Source: a virus
DNA length: 64,000 nucleotides
Strand: one strand, 5' to 3'
IMG/VR virus record: IMGVR_UViG_3300035190_001334
Coordinates: 81,467-145,466 of that record
This document shows, piece after piece, positions 28,868 to 39,271 of the stretch. A program made the translations under genes and the position numbers. The notes beneath the pieces are model-generated. The model was not told the DNA's origin, ran no database searches, and saw nothing but the letters and a program-made list of their open reading frames with translations. The stretch's first letter is position 1; each line of letters starts with the position of its first letter.

Positions 28868-29239
28868 ATGAAACCAAAAGAAATTCTCGACCGACTCACA
28901 CCTTCATATCGCACAGTAGAAGCCATTAAGGGCGGCTTAGTCATCGTTGCAGCTATCGGCGCAGTTGGCGGCTTCATCTACCTTCTTGGCACTGAAGCTC
29001 TCAAAGCTCATGACCGAGCCTATAACAACTTGATACAGTTCTCTCTCGCTAATGGGTTGACTGCTGGTACTTGCAACCAGTGGGACACAGATAATGATGG
29101 TAGAATCTCTTGCACAGCTACTGACAAACAAGGACGCTTCATTCAACTAGAGTGTGGTGCTAACTGGCTCTCAGAGAACACTGCTTCTTGCAATCTTCCC
29201 AAACTACGCATTCAATCCACCTCTTCTTCCTCTAACTAG
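28868..29239 (+). CDS. Membrane-anchored Cys-containing protein
   Basis: TM helix, then C..WDTDNDGRISC...C...C. Confidence 0.65.
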   Translation: MKPKEILDRLTPSYRTVEAIKGGLVIVAAIGAVGGFIYLLGTEALKAHDRAYNNLIQFSLANGLTAGTCNQWDTDNDGRISCTATDKQGRFIQLECGANWLSENTASCNLPKLRIQSTSSSSN

Positions 29240-29499
29240 GTACAATCAATGTTTTTCCCTTGGACTGGTTTCTGTTTGACTGTTTGGATTGTATCTGTAA
29301 CTATTGCAATGATTACACCTCCTAAAGATGATGGTAAAAAATAATGAAACTTGCTTGCTCATTCGGACTTCCAATTATTGTGGCTTTTGGATTATTTAGC
29401 CCTCTCACTAACAACTGGCTCAAAGGACTGACCCTAGCTGGAACTATCCTTTTCTGCACCGCTACAGCGATAGAAACATTCACTCAGGACGATAACTAA

Positions 29500-30612
29500 A
29501 TGACAACTGCAACCGCTACAATCGACAACACACCAAAATCTCTTCACGTTAGCACGACTGGAGCGTTCGGTCAGCTTGAAACTTCCAAGGTAGTTCCAAA
29601 GATTACCCCTGATGATATCATCGCTGACGCTAAACTCGAAGAGTGGCAATCTTTCATGTACCCCAACATGAACGAAGACAACACACCTGTAGATGCGCTC
29701 AAGTCGAACTACATTCGCCAAGAATTTCTTAAAGAAGAAGCAGTTGGTATCAACCCTGTATATCTTACGGATGAACATATCGACCATCACGGACGCAACT
29801 TCGCCCTCAAAGTTCCTGCTAAATACCGCATCATTCAGTATCAAGATGGTTTGCGCTGGCTTGAGAATTACACCGATGAACGCTTGATTGAGATTCAAGA
29901 TTGGCTCTTACTCGACTCTGGCGCTATTCTTGCAGTCAACAACTTGATTCCCGATGAAGTACTGACGATTCAAGGTGAAGCAGACAAAATCACTCCTTAT
30001 ATGATTTTCTGCCTTTCTCATGATGGAACCACTCCTCGCGCAGTTTTCTTCAGTTCGTTCCGAGCGATTTGCAAAAACACTTTGATGATGGCACTTGCGT
30101 CAGCCAAAGGCACTGAGAAATTCTTTGGCTTCGACCCCAAGCCCAAAGGCAGCCACAAGTCACCGCAAGAATTGATGACAATGGCTAAGCGAAACATCGA
30201 TTTAGCTAAAACTAAGTTCCACGATGAAACCGCACCTCACCTCGAAGCCCTGCGCGACCTACAACTTGATACGAAAGTGGTTGATACTCTCACTCGCGAC
30301 CTCTTTGCAATTCGCCGCACACAAGAGATTCCTGCGGTTCTCGATGAGGACGAAAGTTACCCATCTTCGGTCAAGAACTACCACAAGTTCATGGACATCT
30401 ACAGAAGTTTGTCTGATGTCGATATTTTCGATGCAAGTCAGCACACTGGATATCGCTTTGCCAATGCTGCGACCTCCTTTGTCAAGACTACGGGCAAGGA
30501 CTCTGGCTACGACCCATTATCGGGTTTCAAGGGCAATATGTTTGGTAAAGTGCGTAAGAATGCGTTCGACTATCTAGATGAGCTATTACCTGCTAAGCAC
30601 ATCGGAGCATAG
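29500..30612 (+). CDS. DUF932/DUF945-family protein
   Basis: Y.IIQ..D, LSHDGT and RAICKNTL motifs. Confidence 0.75.
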   Translation: MTTATATIDNTPKSLHVSTTGAFGQLETSKVVPKITPDDIIADAKLEEWQSFMYPNMNEDNTPVDALKSNYIRQEFLKEEAVGINPVYLTDEHIDHHGRNFALKVPAKYRIIQYQDGLRWLENYTDERLIEIQDWLLLDSGAILAVNNLIPDEVLTIQGEADKITPYMIFCLSHDGTTPRAVFFSSFRAICKNTLMMALASAKGTEKFFGFDPKPKGSHKSPQELMTMAKRNIDLAKTKFHDETAPHLEALRDLQLDTKVVDTLTRDLFAIRRTQEIPAVLDEDESYPSSVKNYHKFMDIYRSLSDVDIFDASQHTGYRFANAATSFVKTTGKDSGYDPLSGFKGNMFGKVRKNAFDYLDELLPAKHIGA

Positions 30613-30685
30613 ATAAGTCTTTAGAGGGAGTGACAACAAAAACTCCCTCGCTCTACAATTTTTATTCACTAACAGGAAACGAATT

Positions 30686-30886
30686 ATGAAAACTCTTCTC
30701 GCTGTAATTATTGCTATCCCTCTTGCAATCAGTTTCTCTGCTTTTTTTGCTTATGTTTTCATGCTCCTATGGAACTGGGCTTTGGTTGGTATTTTCCCTG
30801 CTGTACCTGTGCTTGAGTTCTACAAAGCTTGGGGCTTGACAATCTTACTATCAATCATCGGTTCATTTTTCAAAAGTAGCAAGTAA
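30686..30886 (+). CDS. Small membrane protein
   Basis: Hydrophobic, MLLWNW motif. Confidence 0.7.
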   Translation: MKTLLAVIIAIPLAISFSAFFAYVFMLLWNWALVGIFPAVPVLEFYKAWGLTILLSIIGSFFKSSK

Positions 30887-31210
30887 TCCTTATGACACAA
30901 CAACAAGTAATCCATTTGATGAGCAGCGCGACATCTGAAAGTGACTGGAACGACAAATGTGACCAAGTTAAAACTGCTTGCAATGGCTACCCTGATTTTT
31001 GGTTTTCGTCGATTGTTCCTTCTGGTTTAGTTGATAGAGTTTCTGCTAAGTGGTAAAAGCTCTAGGCAATGTCAATAAGTCCTAATCACAGAACCCGAAA
31101 AAGACCGCTTGTGCTGAGCAAGAGTCGCAGCTACCCGTACCCAACAAAGGACGGTTGACGGTTGCTATAGGTTCTGTTTTATTTTTCTTTAACTATTAGG
31201 AGAAACTTCC

Positions 31211-31735
31211 ATGTCTTACGCTAGAGTTCGAGTCGAAAAGTTTGGTGACAATTTCTATTTGCAAATTAATGGTCAGACTAAGCAGTTCAATCGTGAGTCA
31301 TCTGACCTACTAACATCACCTATCGAAGCTGCTGAAGATTTTCGTAGTGGCATTTTCTCTTCTGGTTTTGTGGTTAAATTCTCTGACGGTGCAAAGACAT
31401 TAGCTATAGACTTTCAGTACTCGTTTAGTCCCAAGGAAACAGACGCTAACCCATTGGCAGAGATTCGGCGCAGAGTTCGACTGGTGCAAGAGACTTTCGC
31501 TAAAGCAGAGGCAGAAAAAGAAGTGTGGGAAGGTATTGTCGGTGAGCTACCGCTAGTTACTGAGTCTGAGGAGTTGTACGATGTATTTTTCCTTGGAACT
31601 ACCCCTGACTGCATTCAAGTCACTCGTATCGCCGCTAAAGCTGTTACTTTAGCCGAAGCTCAAAGCTGGAAATTACATTGGGAAGGTTTCTTTATTGCGC
31701 CTTCTGGTAAATATAAAGTTGGATATAAACTCTAA
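31211..31735 (+). CDS. Hypothetical protein
   Basis: AGGAG RBS. Confidence 0.7.
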   Translation: MSYARVRVEKFGDNFYLQINGQTKQFNRESSDLLTSPIEAAEDFRSGIFSSGFVVKFSDGAKTLAIDFQYSFSPKETDANPLAEIRRRVRLVQETFAKAEAEKEVWEGIVGELPLVTESEELYDVFFLGTTPDCIQVTRIAAKAVTLAEAQSWKLHWEGFFIAPSGKYKVGYKL

Positions 31736-31902
31736 TGAAAAAAGCCCGTACAACTACAGCAGCAATTGGGTTCCGTAATAAAATCTGGGGCATCGCACCC
31801 AAACCTACAGCACCGACATCAACCAAACTCAAGGTGAAACGACCTTCTGCTACGCCTCTTGAAGAAATAGCTCAAGTGTTCTCACTCATTACAGGTTAAA
31901 TC

Positions 31903-32271
31903 ATGTCACTCACAATACTTTCTGGCTTACCCAAATCTGGCAAAACTCGACAAGCCTATCTTCTCGCAGCTAAAGTTGCTGAGACTGGTGAAGTACTGAT
32001 TTTCACAGAGGAAGATAGACGAACTTTACAATGTCTCGCAAGAGAGATGTCTGCTCTTGAGGTTGACTTTGCTGTTCGTTTCGTTACCTTGTTTGACATC
32101 GACACTTTGCAACTACAAATTGAAGACTTAAAACCTTCTCTTGTAATTATCGATAACTCCGTATTGAATGTTAATGTTCAACGGGTTTCAGATATCGCTG
32201 ACCACACAAATACACAAATCCTCTTGGTTCGCAACACTATTATGGGTACGCACGAGCCAGCTACTTACTAA
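31903..32271 (+). CDS. Short P-loop NTPase (RecA/KaiC-like fragment)
   Basis: Walker A GLPKSGKT, Walker B LVIID. Confidence 0.6.
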   Translation: MSLTILSGLPKSGKTRQAYLLAAKVAETGEVLIFTEEDRRTLQCLAREMSALEVDFAVRFVTLFDIDTLQLQIEDLKPSLVIIDNSVLNVNVQRVSDIADHTNTQILLVRNTIMGTHEPATY

Positions 32272-32326
32272 TCACTCTTGCGGTACTTGACCTCTAAGTA
32301 CCGCTTAATTTAACATAGGAGCTATT

Positions 32327-32543
32327 GTCAGCAACCCCGCACTGAAGTGACGGGGCTTCGAGCCTAAAGCTTGGAGCCATGCTGACCAGCCTAAGTCTTA
32401 ACTGACTACGTTATTTAGGTCACGACACCTCGGAATGCTTGCTAGTTCCCCGCTCTGTCGTTTGTAATTAAACAGTTCTAAGGTCACTGGAACAGTGTTG
32501 CAAGCCTAACAAGCCTAGATAACATTGGCGAAGCAAACATTAC
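32327..32543 (+). ncRNA. omegaRNA (HEARO-type) scaffold of IscB
   Basis: GTCAGCAACCCCGCACTGAAGTGACGGGGCTT...GCTGACCAGCCTAAG...ACTACGTT...GCTAGTTCCCCGCTCTG...AACATTGGCGAAGCAAACATTAC directly upstream of iscB. Confidence 0.9.
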
Positions 32544-32562
32544 TTTTGTAGGCGACACAACC

Positions 32563-33834
32563 ATGTCAAACCAAATCTTTGTACTAGACACCAATCTCAA
32601 GCCACTGACACCTTGCAAGCCATCTATGGCGCGTAAGTTACTCAATGCAAATAAAGCTGCGGTATTCCGTCAATTCCCATTCACTATTATCTTAAAAAAG
32701 GAAGTAGTTGCTAACCCAGAACCAATTGAAATAAAGATTGATGCTGGCTCCAAAACAACGGGATTTGCATTAGTTCAAGACGAAAAAGTTATCTTTGGCG
32801 CAGAACTTAGTCACCGTGGTCAAGCCATCAAAAATAGTCTTGAATCGCGCCAATCTCTGAGACGCGGCAGACGAAATCGCAAAACTCGTTACCGTCAAGC
32901 TAGATTTTTGAATCGCACCCGTCCTAAAGGTTGGTTAGCTCCAAGCCTAGAACATCGTGTTTTAACGATTATGACTTGGGTACGCAAGTTTATTAAATTA
33001 GCCCCCATTGGTTCAATTGTTTCTGAACTTGTTCGATTCGACTTGCAACAGATAGAGAATCCTGAAATATCAGGGATTGAATATCAGCAAGGAGAACTAC
33101 AAGGCTATGAAGTACGCGAGTATCTACTTGAAAAATGGGACAGAAAATGTGCTTACTGCGGTACTAAAAATGTACCGTTGCAAGTAGAACATATTCACCC
33201 TAAATCTAAAGGCGGCTCTAACCGTATCTCTAATCTATGTCTTGCCTGTGAGCCATGCAACCTTAAAAAAGGAGTGCAAGGCATTACCGATTTCTTAGTT
33301 AAAAAACCTGATGTTTTGAAAAAAGTGTTGGCTCAAGTCAAGCGCCCACTGAAAGATGCGGCAGCCGTGAACTCTACCCGTTGGGCATTGCTCAATGCTC
33401 TCAAAGCTACTGGCTTGCCTACTAGTACTGGCTCAGGCGGTCAAACTAAATTCAATCGCTCTCGCTTAAATCTGCCTAAAACCCATTGGCTTGACGCGGC
33501 TTGTGTCGGGCAAGTTGATAGCTTGAAAGTGCTAACTAACAAGCCTTTAATTATTAAGGCAACTGGTCACGGCACTAGGCAAATGTGCAGAACAGACAAG
33601 TATGGATTTCCATCGCGCCATGTTCCTAGATGTAAATTTGTTAAAGGTTTCCAGACTGGTGACATTGTGAAAGCGATGGTCACTACTGGCAAAAAGATTG
33701 GTGAATATGTTGGGCGTATTGCTGTCCGCTCTACGGGTAGTTTCAATATCTCAGCATCAACATTGATTCAAGGTATCAGTCACAAGTATTGCAAAACTAT
33801 TCATCGCAAGGATGGCTATAGCTATGGTTTCTAA
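32563..33834 (+). CDS. iscB: IscB RNA-guided endonuclease (RRXRR, split RuvC, HNH)
   Basis: PLTPC (PLMP), IDAGSKTTG (RuvC-I), RRGRRNRKTRYR bridge helix, ELVRFD, CAYC..EHI.PKS.GG.N...NL..AC..CN (HNH), HWLDAAC. Confidence 0.95.
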   Translation: MSNQIFVLDTNLKPLTPCKPSMARKLLNANKAAVFRQFPFTIILKKEVVANPEPIEIKIDAGSKTTGFALVQDEKVIFGAELSHRGQAIKNSLESRQSLRRGRRNRKTRYRQARFLNRTRPKGWLAPSLEHRVLTIMTWVRKFIKLAPIGSIVSELVRFDLQQIENPEISGIEYQQGELQGYEVREYLLEKWDRKCAYCGTKNVPLQVEHIHPKSKGGSNRISNLCLACEPCNLKKGVQGITDFLVKKPDVLKKVLAQVKRPLKDAAAVNSTRWALLNALKATGLPTSTGSGGQTKFNRSRLNLPKTHWLDAACVGQVDSLKVLTNKPLIIKATGHGTRQMCRTDKYGFPSRHVPRCKFVKGFQTGDIVKAMVTTGKKIGEYVGRIAVRSTGSFNISASTLIQGISHKYCKTIHRKDGYSYGF

Positions 33835-34288
33835 TATCTACTGGCGGTTTCAACCGCCGTTCACTGACCTCCGCACCACTAACTTCCTACCACTTTCAAT
33901 CTCATTTCACAAAATTGACCGCAACCCAGAATTTTTTCGACAAATCTACAAGCGCGACAGCTATATAGACGCAGCGTATGCGTTTGCTACTAACCAGAAC
34001 GAACTGCTAACTCGAATCGGTAAACTACTTGAGTCTGCAAGACCTTTTTACAACTCCCCACAGCACACAGAAAAGAAGGTAAGGTCGTTCATTTCTCGCT
34101 TCAACGCTTTGGTTCACAGAGCTTTGTTGATACATCCAACTCATTCTGATACTCTCACTGTAATTCGTGGCTTTGCGGGACTAATAAACAGCATTGAGGA
34201 CAGTGCGATTCTTTTTTCTGTCAAGCCGCTACTTCGTGAATATGTCGAGTACTTCTTTTATCCCTATGTGAAACAGGTGAAACCATGA
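33824..34288 (+). CDS. Hypothetical protein (ATG overlaps iscB 3' end)
   Basis: Open frame MVSNIYWRFQ... Confidence 0.6.
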   Translation: MVSNIYWRFQPPFTDLRTTNFLPLSISFHKIDRNPEFFRQIYKRDSYIDAAYAFATNQNELLTRIGKLLESARPFYNSPQHTEKKVRSFISRFNALVHRALLIHPTHSDTLTVIRGFAGLINSIEDSAILFSVKPLLREYVEYFFYPYVKQVKP

Positions 34289-35076
34289 CCTACAGACTTA
34301 ATGTTTGCAACTTGTCTGGCATTTTTGAAAAAAGTTTCGGGCTGACTAATTTCTCTGAAGATTATTATGCATTGCTAAATAGTTTTAGGGGTTTGGAGTC
34401 GGCTGTAAATGACTCTTCTTATACACTATCGCCAAGAACTCTTGAAGAATATTTAGAGTATAAAGACTGGTATCAAGACTACAGACTCTTTTGCAAGTTG
34501 TCACATTTCGTTGATGACTTCAACTTCTTCATCAACGAAAGTGTAAGAACAAGAACTGAACATGACTCCAAGCATTTGGTTGACAGACGTTTGCACGACT
34601 TCATTCGGCGCGTTGAGAGTATGAAAATTCCGCAACAGACTAAAGATACTATTGCGGGTTTCTTGAAAATGCAGAGAGCGAAAGTTGCACTTGTTGCTAT
34701 TAGGGAAAGTCCTTGGGTAGTCCCAAACTTGTTGGAGAATGAGAATCTACAGATAATTGCCGCCAAAGCTAAAAACGAGGAGGTCAGAAAAAGATTGATT
34801 ATGACCACACAAATACTTCAGACTTGGGGCAAATTTCCCGAACTGAGATTGGGGCAACTGATTTCAAATTCTCTGCCTGAAGGTACTGACCTTTTCTATA
34901 GCAAGTTAATTTTTGTGTACTCTTGGCGTTCGGCGCAACAACGGACTATGATAATTCTTGCGGATTCGAGAGAAGAATCAGATACTATTTTCAAATCTGA
35001 AGAACCTAATATCAGCCCTTACGTCACCCAGCTATTTGTCGATGGCGGTGAGTCTACAATTATCTATAACCACTAA
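34285..35076 (+). CDS. Hypothetical protein
   Basis: 263-aa ORF containing a W.K.PELRLGQL motif. Confidence 0.65.
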   Translation: MTYRLNVCNLSGIFEKSFGLTNFSEDYYALLNSFRGLESAVNDSSYTLSPRTLEEYLEYKDWYQDYRLFCKLSHFVDDFNFFINESVRTRTEHDSKHLVDRRLHDFIRRVESMKIPQQTKDTIAGFLKMQRAKVALVAIRESPWVVPNLLENENLQIIAAKAKNEEVRKRLIMTTQILQTWGKFPELRLGQLISNSLPEGTDLFYSKLIFVYSWRSAQQRTMIILADSREESDTIFKSEEPNISPYVTQLFVDGGESTIIYNH

Positions 35077-35537
35077 TGAACATCTTCGTACTTCACAAAA
35101 ACCCAATCGAAGCTGCCCATCTTGTCCCAGTCAAAGTAGCTAGCAAAATGGCTCTCGAAGCTGCTCAAATGCTTGCAGTCGCTTGCGCTCATCAAGGTCT
35201 AGCGCTGCCGCACAAAAAAGATGGTAACGAGTATTCACCAAAATCGCACGTTAATCATCCTTGTACTAAATGGGCTTGTCAGAGTCGTGAAAATATGTTA
35301 TGGCTTTGTTTGCACGGTGTCACGCTTTGCTGCCTCCATGAAGAAAACTACGGAAAAATGCCAGCACACCTCAAGGCTCTGCAAGAAGTAGCTACCCAAC
35401 TCGGTGCAATACCTTTCTATGACCACACACCATTTGTTTCTGCTATGCCTGACGAGTTCAAGACTGATGATGTAGTTGAGAGTTACCGTGCCTATATCAA
35501 GACCAAACCGTACTATGTTGAAGGAGAAACGAAGTGA
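35076..35537 (+). CDS. Pyrimidine-dimer DNA glycosylase (DenV-like family)
   Basis: MNIFVL..NP..AA...KM.LEAAQML...H.NHPCTKW. Confidence 0.8.
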   Translation: MNIFVLHKNPIEAAHLVPVKVASKMALEAAQMLAVACAHQGLALPHKKDGNEYSPKSHVNHPCTKWACQSRENMLWLCLHGVTLCCLHEENYGKMPAHLKALQEVATQLGAIPFYDHTPFVSAMPDEFKTDDVVESYRAYIKTKPYYVEGETK

Positions 35538-35854
35538 TGAGCGAGAAGATTTGTCACGTTGATGGCTCATGCCCCTTTGCTTGTAGTGAAGCAAGTGAAA
35601 TCGCGCAAAACTACGGTTGTCTTCCGACTGCATACGGCATTAAGATTATGCGCCTCCAGTACGGTAAAACTTGGGCTTGCCACTCAGATACCTCTAAGCC
35701 ATGCCAAGGCGCTATTCAGCATCTAAAACGTAATGGTGAAGATGCTTCGGTGATTGACCCGCAGTTGATTACAGAAGAGAGTGATTGGGGTGAACTTGTA
35801 ACGCCGAGCGAGAAAACGAGAGAATATATCAAGAGTAAATTTTGGAGTTACTGA
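35534..35854 (+). CDS. Cys-rich hypothetical protein
   Basis: CPFA..E.SE..QNYGCLP...WACH...KPC.G. Confidence 0.7.
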   Translation: MMSEKICHVDGSCPFACSEASEIAQNYGCLPTAYGIKIMRLQYGKTWACHSDTSKPCQGAIQHLKRNGEDASVIDPQLITEESDWGELVTPSEKTREYIKSKFWSY

Positions 35855-36688
35855 TATGAGATTTAATGTGGTCAACATTGACCTTGACTCATGCTTGAAT
35901 CACGGCTACACTTACAACGAGAAGTTGGAGATTTGCTTGAACCGCGCTATCCGAGAAGATGATGAAAAACTTATTTCTCTTGAGAGCATCGGTGAGGGTA
36001 AGTATCGTGTTGTTTATGAAAAATTTGGAGGTATAGGGCGATGATTGATTACACTTACCTGACCACGATACAAAACTGCGGCTGGTGGTTCGTTGTAGCC
36101 ATCCGCCCTAGTGGTGTGATTGAACATCTGGCTACATTTGATAATTTTGAAGATGCCGAATGGTATGGGACTACGCAAGCGATGTGATACTGAGGAGGTG
36201 TTGTTATGCAGCATCTCTTTTTCTTTTGTCTCGCTGGCGCTCACCTTTTTTCTGCACACGACCGTAGGGAGATTTTATGGATAACAAAGAAATGTTGAGG
36301 CAGTATGAGGACAAAGAAGTGAAAAACGTGTATGTGGTTTGTAAGGAGCTATTGCGCGAACATGAGAGGAATAAGGAAGCTAAGTCTTTCTCATTGCCGA
36401 AGGGCTAGGCTAACGCCAGTTGTCTCAAGCGCCGACGGCTGGGATTCTTTCTAGAAGTAGCAGGAGAATATAGGGTGATGACATTTGCTACTACTATCTA
36501 CGAGACTACGTTGTTTCAAGCCCCTAATAATCTGCAAATATTTTTAGCAAATCGTTGTAATAATCTAGCAGAAAAACACACTAACGTAATTGCAGCTTTT
36601 AAAACCCTGCAAATAATCTGCATAGATTGTCTAGCAAAAACCATGCAAAAAGAGTGTGCTATTATAATAAAAAGACTATTAAAAGCTT

Positions 36689-37381
36689 ATGAAATCGGCA
36701 AACCCTGAAGACCTACTAAAAATAAAACTAGCTGAGCGACCGCTAGAGGCTCATGACATCGTGGAGCTATTCACACCAGACAACTACAAACTAAGTGCCG
36801 CCATACTCGCAAAACAGCACGTTGAGACTATTGAAGTGCTTGGAGGTATGCAGAAGTCACTAGATGACCTAAAGAACCAGCAGAAAGAAACTCAAAAGCT
36901 GCTAGTTGAGTTGTCAGCAGACAAGAAAATCTCCGAGACTAAACTAGCTCGGTTTTTCACTACTGCCCCACATTTACTAACCAACTTTGACTACGATTTT
37001 GAGCAAAAGGTTATTACGTTCAAAGACTGCCCTCTGGAAACCGACTCTGAAGAAGTTGCTTTTTTATCGTTGAGTCTTGAAGATTATTTTGGCGCTAACC
37101 ACATTCCTTTTTCTGTCCTGCTTAGCGGAATCAAGCGCTACTTTGCAATCAAGAAAAAACAGAACTTTGCTATCAAAGATTTTCTAGAAGAGTATTGTGA
37201 AGAAACTTTATCTAATACCAAGACAAAAAGGCGCACAAGAATCTATTTTAAAAACTTGAAAGCTGCTTGCGAAGATTGTCCAGAAGTAACTCCAAAAGTT
37301 ATTAAGGATGTGATGCAAGATTTGGGCTACGAGCAAAAGACCGATGCTTCTAGAGTTGTATTTTTTGAGAAGGTAAAGTAG
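36689..37381 (+). CDS. Hypothetical DNA-binding protein, paralog of 16416-17096
   Basis: Collinear similarity over the whole length. Confidence 0.75.
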   Translation: MKSANPEDLLKIKLAERPLEAHDIVELFTPDNYKLSAAILAKQHVETIEVLGGMQKSLDDLKNQQKETQKLLVELSADKKISETKLARFFTTAPHLLTNFDYDFEQKVITFKDCPLETDSEEVAFLSLSLEDYFGANHIPFSVLLSGIKRYFAIKKKQNFAIKDFLEEYCEETLSNTKTKRRTRIYFKNLKAACEDCPEVTPKVIKDVMQDLGYEQKTDASRVVFFEKVK

Positions 37382-37382
37382 G

Positions 37383-37892
37383 ATGAGCCAAACATTTATC
37401 TACGCTATCTACTGTCCAAACAAACAAGAAGTTAAAATCGGATATGCAACAAACCCAACATCGAGATTATCTTCGTTACAAGTTGGCACTACCGATAGAC
37501 TTGATATTCTGATGACTTTTATAGGGGGCTTAGAAGAGGAGAGACTATTGCACAGCATCTTGTCACATCTCAGGTTGTCTGGTGAGTGGTTTGAATATAC
37601 AACAGAAGTTAGGGATACTTTATTAAGGTTCTCTTCTAAGAATCTTCCACTACCTAAAGACGATGCCTATATCCTATCAAAAAATCATGCGATAGTTGAA
37701 AAGGCTTACACCATAGTAGATTCGCATCCAAACAAAAGAAAAATCACTATTCCAGAGTTAAAAAGGACAATGCCTTATGGTGAGATTTCCACAAAAGAAG
37801 TTGAAGAAGTATTACTAGAGGCTGGCTGGGAAATTTTTAAATCTGGAACTTGCCCTACTAAGTTTTTCCGACCTCCCCTAGAAAATAATTAG
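37383..37892 (+). CDS. GIY-YIG (T5orf172-like) nuclease-domain protein
   Basis: FIYAI...VKIGYA.NP.SRLSSLQ...EE..LH...GEWF. Confidence 0.85.
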   Translation: MSQTFIYAIYCPNKQEVKIGYATNPTSRLSSLQVGTTDRLDILMTFIGGLEEERLLHSILSHLRLSGEWFEYTTEVRDTLLRFSSKNLPLPKDDAYILSKNHAIVEKAYTIVDSHPNKRKITIPELKRTMPYGEISTKEVEEVLLEAGWEIFKSGTCPTKFFRPPLENN

Positions 37893-37900
37893 CTAAAACC

Positions 37901-38134
37901 ATGACCCAAACCAACCGCATCAATTCCTCTTCTGCACATATCACCGTAGACAGCCTAGATTGGCTCCGCAAGACACACGAAAACAACATCACATGGATTC
38001 CACTGTTCGCAAACTATTACTACGCCTACAGAGCCATAGAGCAGCAATGGTGGTACGTTGACGAGGAAAAAAAGTTCAAAGTAGATGCAGCACCAGACAT
38101 TGAATCAATTTATCAAGAGATGAAAAAACCATGA
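37901..38134 (+). CDS. Small Trp-rich protein
   Basis: Family motif D...W.R......I.W ... PDIE.IYQE. Confidence 0.65.
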   Translation: MTQTNRINSSSAHITVDSLDWLRKTHENNITWIPLFANYYYAYRAIEQQWWYVDEEKKFKVDAAPDIESIYQEMKKP

Positions 38135-38358
38135 CTTACGATTTAGTCGAGATTAATTGGGACACCACGCTCGTAACAAAACTTCATCTTCAAGATGTTA
38201 CCGAATATGTGATAGAACTGCATAAGCATACAACAGTTACCTCTAAAGGATGTTTTCTAAGTGTGAAGCCTCATGGTAAATTTCGAGTTGGCGAAACAGC
38301 TTGTGAGTTCACACCTGAAAATGACCGATGCCCTATAAGACTTGGAGAAAAGTTATGA
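38131..38358 (+). CDS. Hypothetical protein
   Basis: ATGA overlaps on both sides. Confidence 0.55.
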   Translation: MTYDLVEINWDTTLVTKLHLQDVTEYVIELHKHTTVTSKGCFLSVKPHGKFRVGETACEFTPENDRCPIRLGEKL

Positions 38359-38825
38359 CCACAACAACAACTATCGTATGTGAAAAAACTTCCCGTCCTT
38401 ACAAAAGAGAAGAGGATGATGAAGTTATTAGGTGGTTCAAAGACAACAGCATTATAGCTGACTTTGCTTTTCGTAAGTCTGAAGGAATATGGCGTTATCA
38501 TGGCTACCCATTCCAACTGTCTAAAGCATTAGAATCTCCTCCTGACATCGAACTACAATACCAAGAGTCTCGCGCCAAAGGCTTCAAGATACACACTACC
38601 CAAACTAGCATCTCTTATGACGACTTATCATGGACTCGACTAGCAGACAAAGCTGGTGTCACTTGGCTTCACGAAATGGTTCCAGAGCGCGAAAACATCT
38701 CGTATCGTTTCGATGAAAGTATCGGTTGGGCTTGGGCTTACCAGAAAGGAAATATCATGGCTTGGGTAGATTGCGAAAAGCCTGAGATTGAAAAACTTTA
38801 CCAAAAATATATCAAGAGGTTTTAA
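38355..38825 (+). CDS. Trp-rich protein with two tandem family domains
   Basis: PPDIELQYQE and KPEIEKLYQKY ends of two repeats. Confidence 0.65.
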   Translation: MTTTTTIVCEKTSRPYKREEDDEVIRWFKDNSIIADFAFRKSEGIWRYHGYPFQLSKALESPPDIELQYQESRAKGFKIHTTQTSISYDDLSWTRLADKAGVTWLHEMVPERENISYRFDESIGWAWAYQKGNIMAWVDCEKPEIEKLYQKYIKRF

Positions 38826-39025
38826 CCATGAGTCAACCCCAGTATCGCCTCATATCTCGCGGTCAGTCCTTTACTGGTCAAGAGGTAATCGAGCTTCACG
38901 TTTACAATCAGTCTCGCGGCATATATCAAAAAATGCCAGTCAAAGTTACCATTAATCCAGAATGCGTAATCAAAACACTCGAAGAGCTTGAAAATTGGAC
39001 TAAAGAAAGTTGGAGTACCCACTAA

Positions 39026-39271
39026 ATGAGCCGACTTAAAGAATTAGAATGCGTAACTGACGTTGTTTTTGATGATAAGCACTGGAATCGCAGACAACTT
39101 GATAACTATATTCATTGGTGTTGCATTGAGTTGACCCATGAGTACAAGTACGAAGACCCTAGAGACGGTTGGCTTTTTAGAAAATCTTTAGGTAACTGGT
39201 GGACTAGTTGTAACGAGCCTGAAATTGAAACTTTACACAAAAAAGCGGTAACAAAGTATGAGCAACCTTAA
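39026..39271 (+). CDS. Small Trp-rich protein
   Basis: DDKHWNRR....IHW ... PEIETLHKK. Confidence 0.65.
   Translation: MSRLKELECVTDVVFDDKHWNRRQLDNYIHWCCIELTHEYKYEDPRDGWLFRKSLGNWWTSCNEPEIETLHKKAVTKYEQP

Noticed and set aside
36475-36708. 77-aa ORF from the track
   Set aside because: Spans the AT-rich repeat/promoter region upstream of 36689; likely spurious
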